A DNA stretch of 64,000 nucleotides from an uncultured Prevotellaceae bacterium. GTDB lineage: Bacteria > Bacteroidota > Bacteroidia > Bacteroidales > Bacteroidaceae. Where the stretch lies: contig CAMJKP010000009.1 of the NCBI GenBank assembly GCA_946406435.1, forward strand, positions 8,166-72,165. Reading direction: 5' to 3'. Under the pieces are notes generated by a model. It was not told the DNA's origin, ran no database searches, and saw nothing but the letters and a program-made list of their open reading frames with translations. Numbering within the stretch: position 1 is the first letter of the stretch; each line of letters starts with the position of its first letter. Shown piece after piece: positions 59,637-64,000 of the stretch. A program made the translations under genes and the position numbers.

Positions 59637-59676
59637 AATTTACTCCCAATTTACTTTCCAAAAAGGAATTTGCTTT

Positions 59677-60765
59677 CTATACGATGTTTACTTCGGGATG
59701 GATTTCCACGCCAAAGCGGTCGAGGACATCTTTCTGCACCTGACGACAAAGGGTAACGACTTCCTCTCCTGTTGCTCCACCTTTATTAACAAGTACAAGA
59801 GCCTGCTTGTCATGTACTCCAGCACGTCCAAGTGTCTTTCCTTTCCAACCACATTGGTCAATAAGCCAACCAGCAGGGAGCTTTACGGCATCTTCTGTTG
59901 GATAATAAGGCATATTTGGATATTTAGCCAATAGCTCTTCGAGTTTTTCCTTTGATACTATAGGATTCATGAAGAAAGAGCCGGCATTACCCTCCACATT
60001 ATAGTCTGGAAGCTTGGCATTACGAATATCTATGATAGTATCACGAAGAAGTTGGGCGGTTAGTTGTCCATCCTCTATATTACATGATATTCCTTTCTCT
60101 TCAAGCACCTTACGAATATTGCCATAGTCAAGGTGAGGGGTGAACGTTGTGCTTAATTGATAGGTAACATCGGTTATTATGAAACGGTTCTTCCAATCCT
60201 TCTTGAAACGAGACTGACGATAGCCATACTCACATTGTTCGTTGGTTATCTCCACAATCTCACCAGTCTCAAGGTCGAAGGCATGAAGACTAACGATAAA
60301 ATCCCTTGCCTCAACACCATAAGCACCAATATTCTGAACGGCAGAAGCTCCGACCTCTCCCGGTATGATGCTGAGGTTCTCCATACCATAAAGTCCTTGC
60401 GAGAGACACCATGCTATCACATCGTCAACGGTTTCGCCAGAGCCCACCTCTACCCTATCGCGCGTAACAAATTTACGTCCTATGATTCTCGAACGAACCA
60501 CAAGACCGTCATAATCGCCTGTTGGCAAGAGATTACTTCCCCTACCGATAATCAAAAGCTTTCCTTGATTGCGAGCCTCAGCTATCTCAGAGTAATGTGC
60601 CTTGAGCTCTTCCAACGTTGAGAACTCAAGGAGTTTTGTACATTTGGCGGAAATGCCGAAAGTGTTAGGAAGAAGAGTGGCCTCTCCCCCCGCCCTCCCC
60701 CGTAGGGAGGGAGCCGGAGTGCTAAAAGCCTTCTCCTCAACAGATTTTGTATGAAATTTATTCAT
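59677..60765 (-). CDS. murB: UDP-N-acetylmuramate dehydrogenase
   Basis: NTFGI, GRGSNLL, ENLSIIPGEVGASAVQNIGAYG, GNAGSFFMNP, AGWLIDQCGWKG, HPEVN. Confidence 0.96.
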   Translation of the reverse strand: MNKFHTKSVEEKAFSTPAPSLRGRAGGEATLLPNTFGISAKCTKLLEFSTLEELKAHYSEIAEARNQGKLLIIGRGSNLLPTGDYDGLVVRSRIIGRKFVTRDRVEVGSGETVDDVIAWCLSQGLYGMENLSIIPGEVGASAVQNIGAYGVEARDFIVSLHAFDLETGEIVEITNEQCEYGYRQSRFKKDWKNRFIITDVTYQLSTTFTPHLDYGNIRKVLEEKGISCNIEDGQLTAQLLRDTIIDIRNAKLPDYNVEGNAGSFFMNPIVSKEKLEELLAKYPNMPYYPTEDAVKLPAGWLIDQCGWKGKTLGRAGVHDKQALVLVNKGGATGEEVVTLCRQVQKDVLDRFGVEIHPEVNIV

Positions 60766-60830
60766 AATATCGCAGTCTTGCCTATTGCCTTCCAGCTCCC
60801 TCCCTACGGGGGAGGGCGGGGGGAGAGGCC
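60679..60830. repeat. Inverted REP-like doublet spanning the murB start
   Basis: GGCCTCTCCCCCGCCCTCCCCCGTAGGGAGGGAGCC (inside murB) and GCTCCCTCCCTACGGGGGAGGGCGGGGGAGAGGCC (intergenic). Confidence 0.85.
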
Positions 60831-60834
60831 GTCC

Positions 60835-61797
60835 TTATCTTACCGCAGCAGCTCCCAGAACGGCAGCTCCAGCACCATTAAGGCCAGAAACAAGGAACTT
60901 AGCCTTACCCTTGAATACAGGCATTACATTCTCTTCGTATGCTTTCTTGATAGGATCAAACAGCAAATCACCAGCCTTTGTCATTCCACCAAAAAAGATG
61001 AAAGCTTCTGGTGAACAGAACGTTGCGAAGTCCGCACAAGCCTCGCCAAGCAGTCTGCCTGTGAACTCATAGATCTCCTTTGCAACCTCGTCACCCTTGC
61101 CTGCAGCTATGCTGACATCAAGTGATGTGATCTTATCAAGTTCTATATCACGAAGAAGCGTAGGACGATTAGTAGAAGACACTATTTCCTTTGCTGTACG
61201 AGCCACACCAGTTGCAGAGCAATAGGTCTCAAGGCATCCTTTACGGCCACAACCACATTGACGGCCATTCTCTCTACGAACTATGAAATGCCCAAGCTCA
61301 CCAGCCATACCGTCGCAGCCATATACCATTTCGCCATTAATAACGATACCAGAGCCAACGCCTGTACCGAGAGTGATAACGATAAAGTTTTTCATGCCAC
61401 GAGCCACGCCGTACGTCATTTCACCAAGAGCCGCAGCATTTGCATCGTTGGTGAGATGAACAGGCAGACCGCCAAGACGGTCGGAGAACATCTTTGCCAA
61501 CGGCACCTTTGAATTGTGAGCCCAGGGAAGGTTTGGAGCAAACTCTATGCAACCGTTGAGGTAGTTGCCGTTAGGTGCACCTGCACCCATGTATTCTATT
61601 TTCTCAAGACCTCCAACCTGCTCAACGATAGGCATAAGGCACTTGATTGCAGCATCAGCATAGTCGTCTGCGGTAGCGAAGCCACCAGTCTTCATGGTTG
61701 AAGAAGCGATGATGTTGCCTTCATGGTCAACGATTCCGAATTCTGAGTTAGTTCCACCAAGGTCAAGGCCAATGGTATATGGTTTTGTCTGGTTCAT
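60835..61797 (-). CDS. ROK family glucokinase
   Basis: IGLDLGGT, NDANAAALGE, TLGTGVGSG, GELGH, CGCG..GCLE. Confidence 0.93.
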   Translation of the reverse strand: MNQTKPYTIGLDLGGTNSEFGIVDHEGNIIASSTMKTGGFATADDYADAAIKCLMPIVEQVGGLEKIEYMGAGAPNGNYLNGCIEFAPNLPWAHNSKVPLAKMFSDRLGGLPVHLTNDANAAALGEMTYGVARGMKNFIVITLGTGVGSGIVINGEMVYGCDGMAGELGHFIVRRENGRQCGCGRKGCLETYCSATGVARTAKEIVSSTNRPTLLRDIELDKITSLDVSIAAGKGDEVAKEIYEFTGRLLGEACADFATFCSPEAFIFFGGMTKAGDLLFDPIKKAYEENVMPVFKGKAKFLVSGLNGAGAAVLGAAAVR

Positions 61798-61999
61798 ATT
61801 TTACTTGTTTATTTACAAAAATTCTGTACAAAATTAAGAAAAAACGCGAATACCACAAAGTTTTTGGCATTATTTTGACAAGAAATGTGTGCAATTCGGG
61901 AAAAATTAGTAATTTTGCATTCGCAAATTAAAATACCCCGCCCTTGCTCCCCCTTTAAGGGGGAGATTTGGAACGAGAAAAAGTTCATATTCAAATGGG

Positions 62000-62704
62000 A
62001 TGGGGATAGTATTCTGTAACAAATTAATTCAAGATAAATTGCCTTTTCCATTTGACCAAATAAATATCCTTGAGCTATTGCTGAAGGGCGTATTCATCGG
62101 TGTCGTGGTATCTGCCCCAATGGGACCGGTTGGCGTACTCTGCGTTCAGCGAACTCTGAACAAAGGACGAAGCTATGGCTTCATTACAGGCGTAGGTGCT
62201 GCTATTAGTGATATAATATATGCCTTGCTCACAGGTTTCGGCATGAGTTTCGTAATGGATCTCATCACCGATCATCAGAATAAATTCTATCTGCAGATAT
62301 TCGGCAGTATCCTGCTCTTCATCTTCGGACTCTATTGTTTCCGCAGCAATCCGATGAAGAATATCCATGTCAGCGGAAAGAAGGGAACACTATTCCACAA
62401 CGGACTGACGGCTTTCATCGTCACCATTTCAAATCCGCTCATCATCTTCCTCTTCATGGCATGCTATGCACAGGCGGCTTTTGTAGTGCCAGACCATCCG
62501 TTTGAGATGTCACTCGGCTATGCCAGTATCTTCGGAGGTGCCTTGCTATGGTGGTGGGGACTGACATGGCTTATTGACAAGGTAAGGGAGAAATTCAGCA
62601 ATAAAAGCATCATTTATATCAACCGACTGATAGGCAGTATTGTAATGGTGCTCTCAGCTATAATGTTCATAGGAACGGTATTCAATCTGTACACTTTTTA
62701 TTAA
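62000..62704 (+). CDS. LysE family translocator (start may be TTG at 62039)
   Basis: SAPMGPVGVLCVQRTL..G...GF.TG.GAA.SD, TISNP. Confidence 0.88.
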   Translation: MGIVFCNKLIQDKLPFPFDQINILELLLKGVFIGVVVSAPMGPVGVLCVQRTLNKGRSYGFITGVGAAISDIIYALLTGFGMSFVMDLITDHQNKFYLQIFGSILLFIFGLYCFRSNPMKNIHVSGKKGTLFHNGLTAFIVTISNPLIIFLFMACYAQAAFVVPDHPFEMSLGYASIFGGALLWWWGLTWLIDKVREKFSNKSIIYINRLIGSIVMVLSAIMFIGTVFNLYTFY

Positions 62705-62707
62705 AAA

Positions 62708-63256
62708 ATGCTCATAGCCCAGAAACTCAGAAAAGAAAATATTGCCGAATACTTGCTATATATGTGGCAGGTAGAGGATATCATACGTGCCTACGGATGC
62801 AATCTCATGCAGATTAAGAAAGAGTATATCTCACGTTTCGACTGTACTGACGAGCAGAAGGAGGAGATGGTGGACTGGTACGGCAACCTTATTCGCATGA
62901 TAAATCAGGAGGGATGCCGAGAGAAAGGACATATTCAGATAAACAAACTCGTGTTGCAGCAGTTATCAGAACTGCACGCCCAGTTGCTCGACAGCCCAAA
63001 GTTCCCATTCTACAGCACAGAATACTATAAGGTTCTTCCTTTTATTGTTGAGCTTCGTCAGAAGAACTCTAATGGTGAGGCTGCCGGAGAGATTGAGACT
63101 TGCTTTAACGCCCTCTATGGCACTATGCTCCTTCGTTTACAAAACAAGGAGATAACCCAGAATACAGCCAATGCCGTTAAGGAAATAACCACTTTCATCG
63201 GTATGCTCAACGACTATTACTTTAAGGAAAAAGAAGATCCAAAGTTCTGGGACTAA
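62708..63256 (+). CDS. DUF4924 family protein
   Basis: RKENIAEYLLYMWQVEDIIRA, GHIQIN, ETCFNALYG. Confidence 0.85.
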   Translation: MLIAQKLRKENIAEYLLYMWQVEDIIRAYGCNLMQIKKEYISRFDCTDEQKEEMVDWYGNLIRMINQEGCREKGHIQINKLVLQQLSELHAQLLDSPKFPFYSTEYYKVLPFIVELRQKNSNGEAAGEIETCFNALYGTMLLRLQNKEITQNTANAVKEITTFIGMLNDYYFKEKEDPKFWD

Positions 63257-63367
63257 GAGGCGAACCAAGAAATATACATATAGGATAATTATAATTTAGA
63301 AAAATAGACAAGCCCCCATCGCCGAATCGGCTCCCTCCCTACGGGGAAGGGCGGGGGGAGAGGCCGT

Positions 63368-64000
63368 ATGAACAAAGAAATAGAAAGAAGACGCACCTTT
63401 GCGATTATCTCTCACCCGGATGCGGGTAAGACTACATTAACCGAGAAATTCCTGCTTTTCGGCGGACAGATTCAGGTGGCTGGAGCCGTTAAGAACAATA
63501 AGATTCGCAAGACCGCTACCAGCGACTGGATGGATATTGAGAAGCAGCGTGGTATCTCCGTATCAACATCCGTGATGGAGTTTGACTACCTTCCTGAGGC
63601 CGAACAGACAGAAGGTGCGCTCCCATATAAGGTGAACATCCTCGATACTCCTGGTCACCAGGACTTTGCCGAAGACACATACCGCACGCTCACAGCCGTT
63701 GACTCTGCTATCATCGTGGTAGATGGTGCAAAGGGTGTGGAGGCTCAGACACGTAAGCTTATGGAAGTTTGCCGTATGCGCAACACTCCTGTTATCATCT
63801 TCATCAATAAGATGGACCGTGAGGGACGTGATCCGTTCGACCTCCTCGACGAACTTGAGGAAGAGCTTCAAATCAAGGTTCGTCCTCTCTCTTGGCCTAT
63901 CAACCAAGGTGCGAAGTTCAAGGGGGTTTACAACATCTACGAGAATCAGCTCAACCTCTTCACACCTGACAAGCAGCGCGTTACAGAGAAGGTAGCTGTT
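63368..64000 (+). CDS. prfC: Peptide chain release factor 3 (partial, runs off window)
   Basis: [66 protein letters not shown]. Confidence 0.97.
   Translation, partial: MNKEIERRRTFAIISHPDAGKTTLTEKFLLFGGQIQVAGAVKNNKIRKTATSDWMDIEKQRGISVSTSVMEFDYLPEAEQTEGALPYKVNILDTPGHQDFAEDTYRTLTAVDSAIIVVDGAKGVEAQTRKLMEVCRMRNTPVIIFINKMDREGRDPFDLLDELEEELQIKVRPLSWPINQGAKFKGVYNIYENQLNLFTPDKQRVTEKVAV

Noticed and set aside
1-64000. Prophage, transposase, integrase, reverse transcriptase, rRNA or tRNA genes
   Set aside because: No such motifs were recognised in the ORF track or in the intergenic DNA.

Overview
64-kb chromosomal window of a Bacteroidales bacterium, most likely Prevotella-like (TAnnTTTG promoters, Prevotella-type T9SS C-terminal domains, pectin-use genes). 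The housekeeping backbone is glnS, yceD-rpmF-fabH-era-der, fabI, murB, glucokinase and prfC. Accessory blocks are: (i) a phosphorelay/c-di-GMP cluster (3 kinases, GGDEF, MATE, Hpt, REC-GGDEF-EAL); (ii) T9SS cargo (frameshifted PL1 pectate lyase, 1724-aa LamG protein, YxxP micro-peptide); (iii) DUF4861-orphan GatC-kduI; (iv) a VTC-DUF4956-DUF2490-Cthe_2159 operon; (v) a porin/imelysin/di-haem/cytochrome c/CcsBA locus; (vi) an FMN-riboswitch-controlled TonB-dependent receptor. The most unusual signal is non-coding. A DUF559 nuclease gene is bracketed by inverted copies of a GC-rich palindromic REP-like repeat that recurs about 20 times, several times in frame inside proteins. Four intergenic composite elements share one architecture (an iteron-like block plus an 11-bp-period array with a conserved junction, in fixed relative orientation), but each uses a different iteron word. 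No CRISPR array, rRNA, tRNA or transposase gene was recognised. Family assignments come from motif recognition by eye, not database searches.
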